Assembly: GCA_002869015.1 (NCBI GenBank)
Contig: PKTT01000007.1
Location: forward strand, 558 to 64,557
Direction of reading: 5' to 3'
Length of the DNA: 64,000 nt
Origin: Deltaproteobacteria bacterium
Lineage (GTDB): Bacteria > Desulfobacterota > Deferrisomatia > Deferrisomatales > BM512
The notes beneath the pieces were generated by a model that worked only from the letters and a program-made list of their open reading frames with translations, searched no databases and was not told the DNA's origin. Position numbers and translations under genes: made by a program. Shown here in pieces: positions 40,520-52,138 of the stretch (its first letter is position 1; every line of letters starts with the position of its first letter).

Positions 40520-42292
40520 ATGAGCATTAATGAATTGCCAAGGTGGGACCTCACCCACCTTTTTAATGGTATTGAAGACCCTAAGCTGACAACTGTAGTG
40601 GGCAACATCGTTCCTTCCGCAAAGGCATTCGCTGAAAGATGGAGAGGAAGGGTTGCAGAGATAGATGCAGGGGGTCTTCTCTCCATGCTGAGCGATTATG
40701 AAAGGAGCTTTGCCGAACCAACTGCAGCATACGCCTTTGCCCACCTGGGGTACGCAGCGGATTCGACTGACAATTCTTTCGTATCCCTGCTGTCAAAGAT
40801 AAGGGAACTATTTAACGAAGCTCATCGTTTAACCCTGTTTTTCACCCTTGAGCTGGATTCTATCGATGATGAGCGGTACGCCGCGCTCTCCGAAGACTCT
40901 ACCTTAAAGGCTTATGCACACTATCTTAGGCAATTGAGAAAACAGAAGGATAGGCGCCTAACCGAAAGCGAAGAGTCTATCCTTGCGCTGAAAACATTGC
41001 CGGGCAGCACAGCCTTCGTACAGCTTTACTCCCGCCTGACAAGCAGCTTCCGCTTTCCTTCACCAGTAGATGGCGAGGACGACAAATATCTAACCAATGC
41101 CGAGATTCTGGCCTTATTAAAGCACCCTGACCGCGAAACAAGGAGACGCGCAATAGAGAATTTCTCCAAGGTATATGAAGATCAAAAACTTACCATCTCT
41201 ACAATATGGAATGCCATAGCATTGGACCACAGGCAAAACATTGGGCTTCGCGGGTACTCATCGGTTATCGAACCGGTAAACGAAGGAAACGAATTATCAG
41301 ATAAAGCTGTTAGCACTGTAATGGAGGTGACGAGGCAGCACTATCACCTCGCCCGCCGCTACTATAAATGGAAAGCCGGTGCACTGGGAGTTGAGAAGCT
41401 TTGGTCGAGCGACCTCTCCGCTCCTCTGCCCGGTGCTTCGGATGAAAAGATTAGTTATGAGAAAGCTCGTGAATGGGTAATAGATTCATTCAATGATTTC
41501 CACCCCCGCTTTGGAGAAATCGCAAAGGGATTTTTTGATGAAAACCGCATCGATACCCCTCCAGTGCCGGGAAAATCAGGGGGAGCCTTCTGCATGGGCG
41601 CAGCGCCCCATCTCCCTCCATATGTCCTTATTAACTTCACCGGCAAGCTTCGAGACGCAACAACGCTGGCTCACGAATTGGGACACGGAATACACTTCAC
41701 ACTCGCGGCCAAACAGCCTTACCTTGAATACAGCCCTGTGCTTCCTCTGGCTGAAACCGCATCGGTATTCGGCGAACTCCTAATGACCAAAAAGCTCCTG
41801 GAGCTTGAAAAGGAGCCTGAAAAGCGTAAACACCTGATAGCAGAGCGAGTTGAAGATATTATAGCCACAACCTTTCGCCAGACTATGTATACCTACTTCG
41901 AACTTGAGGCCCACGCGAAGACCGCAGAATCAACTGTTGAGCCTGAAATGTTCTGTGACATTTGGAATTCAAAGTTAAATAATCTTTATGGTGAAACGGT
42001 TGAGACGCTGGATGGGTCAAAATGGGCATGGTCAGCTATTCCCCATTTCATTCACACCCGTTTTTACTGCTACGCTTACACCTTTGGGGAACTTTTGGTC
42101 CTGGCACTTTACCGCCGCTATCAGGAAGAAGGGGCGGCTTTCGCACCTAAATTGATCTCCCTCCTGGAAGCTGGCGGCAGCCTAGAACCTCAAGCACTAG
42201 TCGCAAACCTAGACTATGATTTGGAAGACTCTGAATTCTGGCGAGGCGGGTACAGGGTTCTTGAAGAGCTGCTGGAGGAGCTTGGCGCTTAG
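40520..42292 (+). CDS. pepF: M3 family oligoendopeptidase F
   Basis: HELGHGIH zinc motif, 590 aa, no signal peptide. Confidence 0.8.
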   Translation: MSINELPRWDLTHLFNGIEDPKLTTVVGNIVPSAKAFAERWRGRVAEIDAGGLLSMLSDYERSFAEPTAAYAFAHLGYAADSTDNSFVSLLSKIRELFNEAHRLTLFFTLELDSIDDERYAALSEDSTLKAYAHYLRQLRKQKDRRLTESEESILALKTLPGSTAFVQLYSRLTSSFRFPSPVDGEDDKYLTNAEILALLKHPDRETRRRAIENFSKVYEDQKLTISTIWNAIALDHRQNIGLRGYSSVIEPVNEGNELSDKAVSTVMEVTRQHYHLARRYYKWKAGALGVEKLWSSDLSAPLPGASDEKISYEKAREWVIDSFNDFHPRFGEIAKGFFDENRIDTPPVPGKSGGAFCMGAAPHLPPYVLINFTGKLRDATTLAHELGHGIHFTLAAKQPYLEYSPVLPLAETASVFGELLMTKKLLELEKEPEKRKHLIAERVEDIIATTFRQTMYTYFELEAHAKTAESTVEPEMFCDIWNSKLNNLYGETVETLDGSKWAWSAIPHFIHTRFYCYAYTFGELLVLALYRRYQEEGAAFAPKLISLLEAGGSLEPQALVANLDYDLEDSEFWRGGYRVLEELLEELGA

Positions 42293-42304
42293 GGTATAAA
42301 TTAA

Positions 42305-42342
42305 GAAGGCCGGACCAAGTTGAGGCCCGGCCTTCTCTTTTT
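42305..42342 (+). terminator. rho-independent terminator after pepF (convergent with lysA)
   Basis: AAGGCCGG / 13-nt loop / CCGGCCTT, followed by CTCTTTTTT. Confidence 0.55.
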
Positions 42343-42349
42343 TGATTAT

Positions 42350-43600
42350 TTATATGTCTTCAGGGATTATCTCTCCACTTATCAGGTCTTCATAGCTTTC
42401 TCTGCGCCTGACTACCCGGTATTTGTCTCCCGAAACCATCACCTCCGCAACTCTCGGACGAGCATTATAATTGGAGCTCATGGTGAAGCCATAACCACCA
42501 GAACTCATGACGGCGAAAAGCTCTCCCTGCTCCAACGCTGGAAGAACCCTGTCTTTTGCTATGAAGTCGCCCGATTCACATATCGGACCGACGAGGTCAG
42601 CCAACCGTAGGTCTCCACCCTCGATTACAGGCAAGATACCGTGGAAGGCATCATAGAGGGAGGGGCGGACTATATCGTTCATGCCGGTATCGCTGATTAG
42701 GAACCTCTTCTCCTCACCTTCCTTCGTATAGAGAACTTTACCGACCAAAACACCGGCGTTGCCCGCTATGGAACGGCCCGGCTCAAGGATAAGGGTGCAG
42801 CCCAAGTCACCGACTACCCCAAGGATGGCTTCCCCATACTCCATAGGAGTAGGAGGCACTTCGTCGTCATAGGAGATGCCAAGGCCACCGCCGATATCCA
42901 AATATTTTATATCTTGACCCTCCTCGCGAAGTGTCCTGATAAGTCTCTTTACTTTTACTAGCGCATCGGCAAAGGGTTCTAGCTCCGTTATCTGGCTACC
43001 GATATGACAGTCGACACCTATTGCTTCGATGTTTCCCATCTCGCTTGCCGCGCGATATTCTACAAGCGCTCGCTCTATAGCTATGCCGAATTTATTCTTT
43101 TTCATTCCGGTAGAGATGTAGGCATGGGTTCTCGGATCCACGTCTGGATTCACACGAATTGCCACAGGCGCTTTAACACCCACCTCTCCAGCGATGCGAT
43201 TTAGCGTAATCATCTCAATCGGAGATTCGACGTTAAACATCAAGATGCCAACTTCGAGAGCGTATCTGATCTCTTCTGGAGTCTTCCCAACACCCGAGTA
43301 AACAATCTTGCCGGGCTGGACTCCTGCCTTGAGCGCCCTAAAAAGTTCACCTCCGGAGACAATATCCGCCCCGGCGCCCGCCTTCGACAGCGTATTCAGA
43401 ACAGCCAAGTTCCCGTTACATTTGACCGAATAGCAGATGATGCTATCAACGCCTGAAAAAGCTTTCTTGTAAGCCTCCAAGTGCTGGAGAAAGGTGGCTG
43501 AGCTATAGCAGTAAAAAGGAGTGCCTACCTCATCGGCAATTTTTGCTAGGGATACCTGCTCGCAGGAGAGAACTCCATCCCTATATTCAAAGTGGTGCAT
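42350..43600 (-). CDS. lysA: diaminopimelate decarboxylase
   Basis: N-terminus (GTPFYCYS) and PLP-Lys region (YSVKCN), plus GGGLGI, EPGRSI and CESGD motifs. Length is 416 aa. Confidence 0.85.
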   Translation of the reverse strand: MHHFEYRDGVLSCEQVSLAKIADEVGTPFYCYSSATFLQHLEAYKKAFSGVDSIICYSVKCNGNLAVLNTLSKAGAGADIVSGGELFRALKAGVQPGKIVYSGVGKTPEEIRYALEVGILMFNVESPIEMITLNRIAGEVGVKAPVAIRVNPDVDPRTHAYISTGMKKNKFGIAIERALVEYRAASEMGNIEAIGVDCHIGSQITELEPFADALVKVKRLIRTLREEGQDIKYLDIGGGLGISYDDEVPPTPMEYGEAILGVVGDLGCTLILEPGRSIAGNAGVLVGKVLYTKEGEEKRFLISDTGMNDIVRPSLYDAFHGILPVIEGGDLRLADLVGPICESGDFIAKDRVLPALEQGELFAVMSSGGYGFTMSSNYNARPRVAEVMVSGDKYRVVRRRESYEDLISGEIIPEDI

Positions 43601-43693
43601 TATCTTTCTCCCATCCGCCAGAGGCGGAAAACAGACTTGAGTATGAATGTAAAAGGTAACACGTGCATAAAGCTGCTGCCACCCTAAGGATGT

Positions 43694-45169
43694 TCAAAGC
43701 TCAGGAAATTGAATAATAAAAACTCCTCCGCAACTACGATGCTCCGCAAAAAGTTTTCCACCCGCCTCCTCGATAATTCGCCTGGAAACAGATAGCCCCA
43801 GGCCAGCTCCAGCGGCGCTTTCTCCCTTTGGCGATGTTGTAAAGAGAGGCTCAAAAACTCGCTCAAGAGCTTCTTCTGGAACACCAGGCCCGCTATCAAT
43901 AACCTCAATGGTAGCGACGCCGGAGTCAAAAAACGCCCTAATGGTAATTTTACCCTGCCCCTCCATAACTCGGGCCGCGTTAATCAGCAGGTTCAGAAAA
44001 ACCTGCTTTATCCCATCAGGATCAACAGCCATCCTGGGAAAATCTTCATTCCAATCAAGATAGATTTCTATATTGCGAAATTGAGGGTGGTGGGAAACAC
44101 CCCTTAGCACCAGCTCAGCAACCTCTTTTAGCTCTACCTCTTCAGGTGCTTCGCTGGATGGCCGCGCCAAATTGAGTAGATCGCGGACGATTCTGCGAAC
44201 CCTTTTGCATTCCTCCTCAATAAGCGAAAGATCCTGAAACAACTCTTCATCACCGGCAACCTCCTCCTTAACCATTTGGGCGGTCCCGAGGATAATGCCG
44301 ATTGGATTATCAATTTCATGGGAGACAGCTGCTGCTGTACGTCCGACTGCCGCTACCCGCTCAAGGGATAGAAGCTCCTGCTGAAGAGATTGAAGGTCGC
44401 CGTAAGCTCGCTCCAAAGCGATATTGCGTTCCTCAAGCTGGTCGCGGTGATGTTCGACATCTCTCGCCATAAGGTTAAAGGTATGGGCAAGTTCATGGAT
44501 CTCCCCCGACCCATACTCCTCGACCCGCGCCCACAGTTCACCTCCACCCAAACGCTCAGCGGTCGCCTTTAATGAGGCGATTGGCTTTAATATTGAGTCT
44601 GCAACCCTAAATGCTAAATAGGCTCCAAGGGCTAGAAGGATTAGGAGGCTCCCGACATAGATTTGAACTATTGCAAAAAGGCGCGCGCCAAGCTCCTCCT
44701 CAGAGATAACCAGCTGAACAATCGTAGGAGGTATACCCTCTCCACCCTCGGTTGGTATGATCAGCTCAACCTCTCCAACACCTGAGACCTCGTTACGCCT
44801 CTCCGACCCCTCGCTACCCCAAAGCTCGATGCCTTTAAAATCGACCTCCGGCAACGACTCTCGAGACGGGTAGGCGACAAGTAGGCGGCCCCTCTCACTG
44901 AATATGGCAAAAGCCTTCAGCGCTGGCAGCCCCTGCCCAATAGCGCGCAGCTTCTCAAGCAGGTGCCCTTCTCCGCCCGGATACCATTCACTCTCACCAT
45001 ATGCCCTTAAAGCCTGCGGTGCCGCAAGGCGTGCGAATGTTCGCCCCTCCCTAAGAAGGCTGCGCCTTAACTCGCTGCGCTCTACAGCGATTATCACCGC
45101 GCCGTTGCCAAGGAGCACCAGCGCCACTATAGCTGTTACCGAAAGCCAAAGCTTTTTTCTAATGCTCAA
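43694..45169 (-). CDS. sensor histidine kinase (TM, periplasmic domain, HAMP, HisKA, HATPase)
   Basis: H-box AAAVSHEIDNP, N box NLLINAARV and G boxes DSGPGV and GLGLSV. TTG start overlapping the upstream stop (TTGA). Confidence 0.85.
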   Translation of the reverse strand: MSIRKKLWLSVTAIVALVLLGNGAVIIAVERSELRRSLLREGRTFARLAAPQALRAYGESEWYPGGEGHLLEKLRAIGQGLPALKAFAIFSERGRLLVAYPSRESLPEVDFKGIELWGSEGSERRNEVSGVGEVELIIPTEGGEGIPPTIVQLVISEEELGARLFAIVQIYVGSLLILLALGAYLAFRVADSILKPIASLKATAERLGGGELWARVEEYGSGEIHELAHTFNLMARDVEHHRDQLEERNIALERAYGDLQSLQQELLSLERVAAVGRTAAAVSHEIDNPIGIILGTAQMVKEEVAGDEELFQDLSLIEEECKRVRRIVRDLLNLARPSSEAPEEVELKEVAELVLRGVSHHPQFRNIEIYLDWNEDFPRMAVDPDGIKQVFLNLLINAARVMEGQGKITIRAFFDSGVATIEVIDSGPGVPEEALERVFEPLFTTSPKGESAAGAGLGLSVSRRIIEEAGGKLFAEHRSCGGVFIIQFPEL

Positions 45170-46383
45170 AGCGGCTTCTCTTCCTCATCAATGCTTGCGC
45201 GTAGAGAGTTAATCACTTCTCTAGAAGCCTTTACCCTTAGAGTCCCCCCATCCCATCTGGCCCAGCCGCCTTTGAAAAAAATAAGAATATAGGTGCCAAA
45301 TAATAAGAGAATTGACCCAACCCATACCAAACCTTCGCCAGGGTCACGGGTAACCTGGAAACCTACATAAGGAGCGCCCTCATCATCTTCCCCCCAAGCG
45401 GTTAAAAAGATTCTGTAGGGACCATAGTCAAGGGGCGAGTTAACCGATATCTCTGCGCTTGTCACATCACCTTTTCCATCTGATGGATACAAATCAACCA
45501 AAGCCACTACCTGTCTAACTTCAAAACCTTTGTATGCTACTGGTCTTACAATGACTGGCGCGCCATCCTCCTTCCCTCTGGAATAGGGACCATTTTTTAA
45601 TTCCCCTTCTTTTATGAAATACCTCATATCGTTGATTTCAGGGTTATACTCATCCAAAAGAAGAGAATAGTCGGAACCGGGAATTGGCGCCAAACTGCCC
45701 ACCTCTGCGGTAAATTCATCCCCCATAGTTCCGTCACTTTTTAACGCTGCAATGCGCATCTTTCCCTGATAAAAGGTCGTAACCCGATCCTTAACTTTTA
45801 AAACGAAGGGCAGCGCGCGCTCCTCCTCTACGGACCAGTCGAGAAAGGTTACCGCCATCTCTCCTACTGGAACTATCTTTGTTCCGATATAGCCAGCCTC
45901 ACTGCCAATCAACGCGCCTAAAATAATTAATACTGGGGCGATATGGACGATAGGAAAGCCAAGAAACCCCAAACGCCGTCGAAAAGCCACCGCCTTTTCA
46001 TCCGCGCCGATTGAAAATCCCGCCTTTTCAAGGACGTTTTTTGCCTCCTCGCGCCCTATCTCAACCGCTGTGAAAGCTGCCCCACCCAAAGCAAAAAAAT
46101 TACGGCAGCCTGCAATTAAGCGGCTAAACCCACAGAGAATCAGATTTACCAAGAGCAGAAAAAAGAGCCCCCTGAAAGGTATTGAACGGTAGAAGTTGTC
46201 AAGGCCAAGGGCGACAATCAGGTCGCCAACCATACCCAACCGCTGGGAATACTGCATTGCTGTCCCTCCTTGGGGAATCAGCCCTGAAGTACCCAAAGCA
46301 CCTAATATGGCCAGGAAAACCAATAGCCACACCGTGAACTTCACCGAGGAAGCCATTTTGTATATTTTCTTTAGCAACTTCAC
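45166..46383 (-). CDS. ResB/Ccs1-like cytochrome c biogenesis family membrane protein
   Basis: The N-terminus (SVKFTVWLLVFLAILGALGTSGLIPQ ... FYRSIPFRGLFFLLLVNLILCGFSR) matches the ResB pattern. It has a large periplasmic domain and a C-terminal TM helix. Confidence 0.6.
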   Translation of the reverse strand: MKLLKKIYKMASSVKFTVWLLVFLAILGALGTSGLIPQGGTAMQYSQRLGMVGDLIVALGLDNFYRSIPFRGLFFLLLVNLILCGFSRLIAGCRNFFALGGAAFTAVEIGREEAKNVLEKAGFSIGADEKAVAFRRRLGFLGFPIVHIAPVLIILGALIGSEAGYIGTKIVPVGEMAVTFLDWSVEEERALPFVLKVKDRVTTFYQGKMRIAALKSDGTMGDEFTAEVGSLAPIPGSDYSLLLDEYNPEINDMRYFIKEGELKNGPYSRGKEDGAPVIVRPVAYKGFEVRQVVALVDLYPSDGKGDVTSAEISVNSPLDYGPYRIFLTAWGEDDEGAPYVGFQVTRDPGEGLVWVGSILLLFGTYILIFFKGGWARWDGGTLRVKASREVINSLRASIDEEEKPL

Positions 46384-46438
46384 TTCCTTATCATAAAAAA
46401 CCCACTTTATGATTGCTCACCCCAAGTAATTGGGCAAG

Positions 46439-46468
46439 AAAAAAGGCCCGCGGGATATCCCACGGGCC
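46439..46468 (-). terminator. rho-independent terminator after groEL
   Basis: On the minus strand: GGCCCGUGGG / auau / CCCGCGGGCC, followed by a U-run (UUUUUUCUU). Confidence 0.65.
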
Positions 46469-46495
46469 TTCTCTAACTTACCGTTACGGGGGCTG

Positions 46496-48133
<1,638 letters not shown>

Positions 48134-48168
48134 CTATCTCCTTAAAAGCAAAACAGTTTAGTTGTTGG

Positions 48169-48456
48169 TTACTCGATGACACCCATAATGTCGTCTTCGC
48201 GCATGATGAGAAGCTCTTTGCCCTCAACCTTAACCTCGGTTCCCGCGTACTTGGAGAAGAGGACAACGTCGCCTACCTTGACGTCGAGGGGCTGTACGGA
48301 ACCATCCTCCTGCTTGCGGCCGGGACCGGCAGCGATGATCTCGCCTTTGCCAGGCTTTTCTTTGGCTGTTTCAGGGATGATGATGCCGCCATCTGTTTTG
48401 GACTCTTCGTCAAGGCGCTTAACGATTACGCGATCCTGTAGGGGACGGATGTTCAT
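48169..48456 (-). CDS. groS: co-chaperonin GroES
   Basis: [15 protein letters not shown]-terminus. 95 aa, immediately upstream of groEL. Confidence 0.97.
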   Translation of the reverse strand: MNIRPLQDRVIVKRLDEESKTDGGIIIPETAKEKPGKGEIIAAGPGRKQEDGSVQPLDVKVGDVVLFSKYAGTEVKVEGKELLIMREDDIMGVIE

Positions 48457-48553
48457 TTTTTGCTTCCTCCTTGCTTTTTAAACAATCAAGTTGTTTTGGT
48501 TAATTTTCACGCGCGCGCGGGGGGATGCGCACGGGTGCGAAGGGAAGTTAATC

Positions 48554-48583
48554 ATGTGGGTCCACTACGTCAAGCGTCAAAGA
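48554..48583 (-). promoter_or_regulatory. sigma32 (RpoH)-like heat-shock promoter of groES-groEL
   Basis: On the minus strand: CTTTGACG (-35-like), a 14-nt spacer, then CCCACAT (resembles the CCCCAT -10). It lies ~100 nt upstream of groES. A sigma70 reading (second TTGACG plus TAACTT) is also possible. Confidence 0.4.
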
Positions 48584-48860
48584 TAAAAAAAAGTCGAATT
48601 TGAACTTTTTTATCAAAATAATCACAAATTAATTGTTTTCAGGAACTCCATAACCGCCCAAATCTATTTGGGGCTCTGATATATAAAGCTGAAGGCTGGG
48701 TATTTTCCGCTCAATTGCTTCTTAAAGGAGGATAATTTTGGATAGAAGCTCGGCGAGGGCGATTGTAACGGTTGTGAATAAAGATTGGTGCTTGAAAGAT
48801 TGGCGGCAGCTCTTTATAGGTTGGTATTTAAAGGCTTAGCCCTCTGGGAGGAGGGGAACC

Positions 48861-49568
48861 TTATTTATATAATGTCGGATCAGGTATTCCCGCCTCTTTG
48901 AAGCCGCGCTTTCTCAAAAGGCAGGACTCGCAGCGCCCGCATGCACGTCCCTCACTATCAGGGTCATAGCATGAGAGGGTGCGCGAGTAGTCAACCCCCA
49001 GCCTCGTACCCTCACTTATGATCTCTGCCTTGGTGAGCTTGATTAGAGGTGCGTGTATGGTGAATTTGCCCTCGCGGACACCGCTTTTTGTCCCCAAGTT
49101 CAGCGCCTGCCCAAATGCCTCTATAAATTCGGGGCGGCAATCTGGGTATCCTGAGTAATCTACTGCATTGACCCCGAGGAAGATATCGCGGGCCCCGACC
49201 CCCTCAGCCCTCGCTGCGGCAAACGAGAGGAATATTATGTTACGTGCTGGCACATAAGTATCGGGGATTTCATCGCCAATCTCGTAGGCGTCATCTCGCT
49301 TTGGTACTTCACATTGACCTGTCAGTGCTGATGGAGCGAGGGCACCGAGGTCAAGGTCAACTACTACATGGGACGCGCAACCGAAGAAGAGCGCTATTTC
49401 ACGACATTTTTCAAGCTCTATCTGGTGACGCTGACCATAATTAAAGCTTAGTGCATGGCAGGCAAAACCCTGCTCCCGGGCTATTGCGAGAACTGTGGAG
49501 GAGTCGAGCCCGCCACTTAAAAGAATGACGGCGGGTTTTGCGCCCGCCGTAACTTTACAATCCGTCAA
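48861..49568 (-). CDS. queC: 7-cyano-7-deazaguanine synthase
   Basis: PP-loop motif SGGLDSS and the C-terminal zinc cluster CYDP...CGRCESC. TTG start 9 nt after the epimerase stop. Confidence 0.9.
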   Translation of the reverse strand: MTDCKVTAGAKPAVILLSGGLDSSTVLAIAREQGFACHALSFNYGQRHQIELEKCREIALFFGCASHVVVDLDLGALAPSALTGQCEVPKRDDAYEIGDEIPDTYVPARNIIFLSFAAARAEGVGARDIFLGVNAVDYSGYPDCRPEFIEAFGQALNLGTKSGVREGKFTIHAPLIKLTKAEIISEGTRLGVDYSRTLSCYDPDSEGRACGRCESCLLRKRGFKEAGIPDPTLYK

Positions 49569-49577
49569 AGGGGTACC

Positions 49578-49994
49578 TCAATCATGTTCGGCGGGCTGTA
49601 CAAGCTCCGTAAGGACTCCGCCGGACTCTTTGGGATGCAAAAAAGCAATGAGGCAATCGTGTGCGCCCTTTCTTGGGGCCTTATCAACCATCTTTACTTC
49701 GGCATCCAACAGACGGTTGACCTCTCCTGCAACATCCGATACCTGATAAGCTATGTGATGAATACCCGGGCCGTTCTTCTCAAGGAACTTAGCCACCGGT
49801 GAGTCTGGGCTGGTTGGCTCCAAAAGTTCCAGATTCACCTCGCCCACGGGGATGAAGGCGACCTTTACACGCTGCTCAGCCACCTCTTCCACACCGCCGA
49901 TGGTCAAGCCGAGGGTATCTGTGTAGTATTTTGAGGCTTCCTCTATGTCGTGTACGGCTATGCCGATATGATTTATCTTTGTTGGGCTCGCCAC
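49578..49994 (-). CDS. mce: methylmalonyl-CoA epimerase (VOC/glyoxalase fold)
   Basis: 138 aa with a two-module VOC pattern (INHIGIAVHDIEEA ... GIHHIAYQV). Sits directly after the mutase genes. Confidence 0.75.
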   Translation of the reverse strand: MASPTKINHIGIAVHDIEEASKYYTDTLGLTIGGVEEVAEQRVKVAFIPVGEVNLELLEPTSPDSPVAKFLEKNGPGIHHIAYQVSDVAGEVNRLLDAEVKMVDKAPRKGAHDCLIAFLHPKESGGVLTELVQPAEHD

Positions 49995-50006
49995 TGTTTT
50001 TCCTCC

Positions 50007-50399
50007 TTAGCCTACTCTCTCTTTAACGAAAGCTACTACATCATTGGTGTCCGTGCCGGGCAGGAATATCTCGGCGAAGCCGGAATCTTTGAGGGCCGGG
50101 ATATCTTCAAGAGGAATTATTCCACCGCCAAAGAGAAGTGTGTCAGGGCGACCACGCTCTTTGATGCCTTTAGCTACCTTTGGGAAGAGGACATTGTGTG
50201 CTCCTGAGAGGCAGGAAAGCCCTACCACATCGACATCTTCTTGAATCGCAGTGGTGACAATATTCTCAGGTGTCTGGCGTATGCCGGTGTAGATAACCTC
50301 CATGCCGGCGTCCCGAAGAGCCCTGGCGACGACCTTTGCGCCGCGATCATGGCCGTCAAGGCCGGGTTTGGCGATGAGCACTCGAATCTTTTTACTCAT
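50007..50399 (-). CDS. methylmalonyl-CoA mutase, separate B12-binding subunit
   Basis: DxHxxG cobalamin-binding motif ([11 protein letters not shown]) and GGGIIP. Length is 130 aa. Confidence 0.85.
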   Translation of the reverse strand: MSKKIRVLIAKPGLDGHDRGAKVVARALRDAGMEVIYTGIRQTPENIVTTAIQEDVDVVGLSCLSGAHNVLFPKVAKGIKERGRPDTLLFGGGIIPLEDIPALKDSGFAEIFLPGTDTNDVVAFVKERVG

Positions 50400-50416
50400 T
50401 TTATTCTCCCTGGCCT

Positions 50417-52078
50417 CTAGCCCGCGTCAGTGTATTCGCCGTAGACGTCACGGAGGGTATCGCATATCTCACCAAGCGTAGCGTAGGTCTTAACCGCTTC
50501 GAAGATGGGCTCCATAACATTGCCGCCATCAATCGCGGTCCGCTTGAGGGTAGATAGCGCCTGCTCACAGGCCGCGCCGTCGCGCTCAGCGCGAACATTT
50601 TTAGTCTTATTGCGCTGGAACTCTTCCACCTCTGGGTTAACCCTGAGGAGGTTTTTAGGTGGTTCCTCGGAAACGGTGAACTTATTGACCCCGACCACCA
50701 CCTGGTCGGTGGATTCAATAGCCTTCTGGTACTGGTAGGCTGAATCGGCTATCTCTTTTTGAATGTACCCGGCTTCAATCGCTCTCACGACACCGCCCAG
50801 ATCAGAGATTTTTTCAATGTAATCGAAAGCTTTTTCCTCAATCTGGTCAGTAAGGGCCTCAACCGCATATGAGCCCGCCAGCGGGTCGATTGTATCCGCT
50901 ACACCTGATTCGTGAGCGATGACCTGTTGCGTTCGTAACGCTATACGCACGGAGTCTTCAGTTGGCAGGCATAGCGCCTCATCACGTGAGTTTGTGTGGA
51001 GGCTGTTGGTGCCACCGAGGACAGCTGCCAGCGCTTGAATCGTAACGCGTACTATGTTGTTGTCAGGCTGTTGGGCGGTGAGGGAGCACCCCGCCGTCTG
51101 CGTATGAAAGCGAAGCATCATTGAGCGTGGAGACTTTGCCTTAAAACGCTCCTTCATAATCTTGGACCACATACGCCTCGCAGCCCTGAACTTAGCCACC
51201 TCCTCAAGGAGGTTATTGTGGCAGTTGAAGAAGAAGCTTAGGCGCCCGGCGAATTCATCCACATCTAGCCCCGCGTCAACAGCGGCCTGTACGTAAGCTA
51301 TGCCGTTGGCGAGCGTAAAGGCTACTTCCTGCACCGCGCTGGACCCAGCCTCCCGAATATGGTAGCCGGAGATTGAGACGGTATTCCAGCTGGGCACGTT
51401 CTCTTTGCAGTACGCCATAATATCGGTAATGACTTTGAGGCTGGGCTCAGGAGGGAAAATGTATGTGCCGCGTGCTATGTACTCCTTCAAAAGGTCATTT
51501 TGGATTGTGCCGCGCAGCTTATCCTTCGATACCCCCTGTTTCTCCGCGACAGCCATATACATAGAGAGCAAAACAGCAGCCGGGGAGTTAATCGTCATTG
51601 AGGTGGAGACCTTGTCGAGGGGTATTCCATCGAAAAGTATCTCCATGTCACGGAGGGAGTCTATGGCGACGCCTACCTTGCCGACCTCTCCCTCAGCCAG
51701 CTCATGGTCTGAGTCATAACCTATCTGTGTCGGAAGATCGAAGGCAACGGAGAGGCCTGTCTGCCCCTGCCCCAGAAGATATTTATAACGCTCATTGGTC
51801 TGCTCGGCGGTACCGAAACCGGCGTACTGACGCATCGTCCAGAAACGCCCGCGGTACATTGTGGGCTGCACGCCCCTCGTGAATGGGTACTGGCCCGGAA
51901 GGCCCGTCTCGTCAAAAAGCCTCTCTTCATCTACATCAAGCTCGGTGAAAACGCGCTTGAACTCATTGCCTGAAGTTGAGAGGAATTTGTCTTTTCGCTC
52001 CGGATTTTTTGAGAGGGTTTTGGCTACAGTGCCCGCCTCCCACTCTTCAACTCTCTTCTTTATATCTTGACGGCTCAT
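50417..52078 (-). CDS. methylmalonyl-CoA mutase, catalytic (large) subunit without B12 domain
   Basis: Motifs [26 protein letters not shown] and FHTQTAG. 553 aa, with a strong SD (GGGAGG). Confidence 0.9.
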   Translation of the reverse strand: MSRQDIKKRVEEWEAGTVAKTLSKNPERKDKFLSTSGNEFKRVFTELDVDEERLFDETGLPGQYPFTRGVQPTMYRGRFWTMRQYAGFGTAEQTNERYKYLLGQGQTGLSVAFDLPTQIGYDSDHELAEGEVGKVGVAIDSLRDMEILFDGIPLDKVSTSMTINSPAAVLLSMYMAVAEKQGVSKDKLRGTIQNDLLKEYIARGTYIFPPEPSLKVITDIMAYCKENVPSWNTVSISGYHIREAGSSAVQEVAFTLANGIAYVQAAVDAGLDVDEFAGRLSFFFNCHNNLLEEVAKFRAARRMWSKIMKERFKAKSPRSMMLRFHTQTAGCSLTAQQPDNNIVRVTIQALAAVLGGTNSLHTNSRDEALCLPTEDSVRIALRTQQVIAHESGVADTIDPLAGSYAVEALTDQIEEKAFDYIEKISDLGGVVRAIEAGYIQKEIADSAYQYQKAIESTDQVVVGVNKFTVSEEPPKNLLRVNPEVEEFQRNKTKNVRAERDGAACEQALSTLKRTAIDGGNVMEPIFEAVKTYATLGEICDTLRDVYGEYTDAG

Positions 52079-52138
52079 TATCGCCTCCCTACCCGCGCCC
52101 TTACTGACGGAGGGGTATTGGATAAAAGTTGAGATTCT

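Noticed and set aside
50401-50718. 105-aa minus-strand ORF overlapping the 3' end of the mutase large-subunit gene
   Set aside because: It is an alternative frame within a gene that has strong family motifs. The translation is Ser/Arg/Pro-rich.
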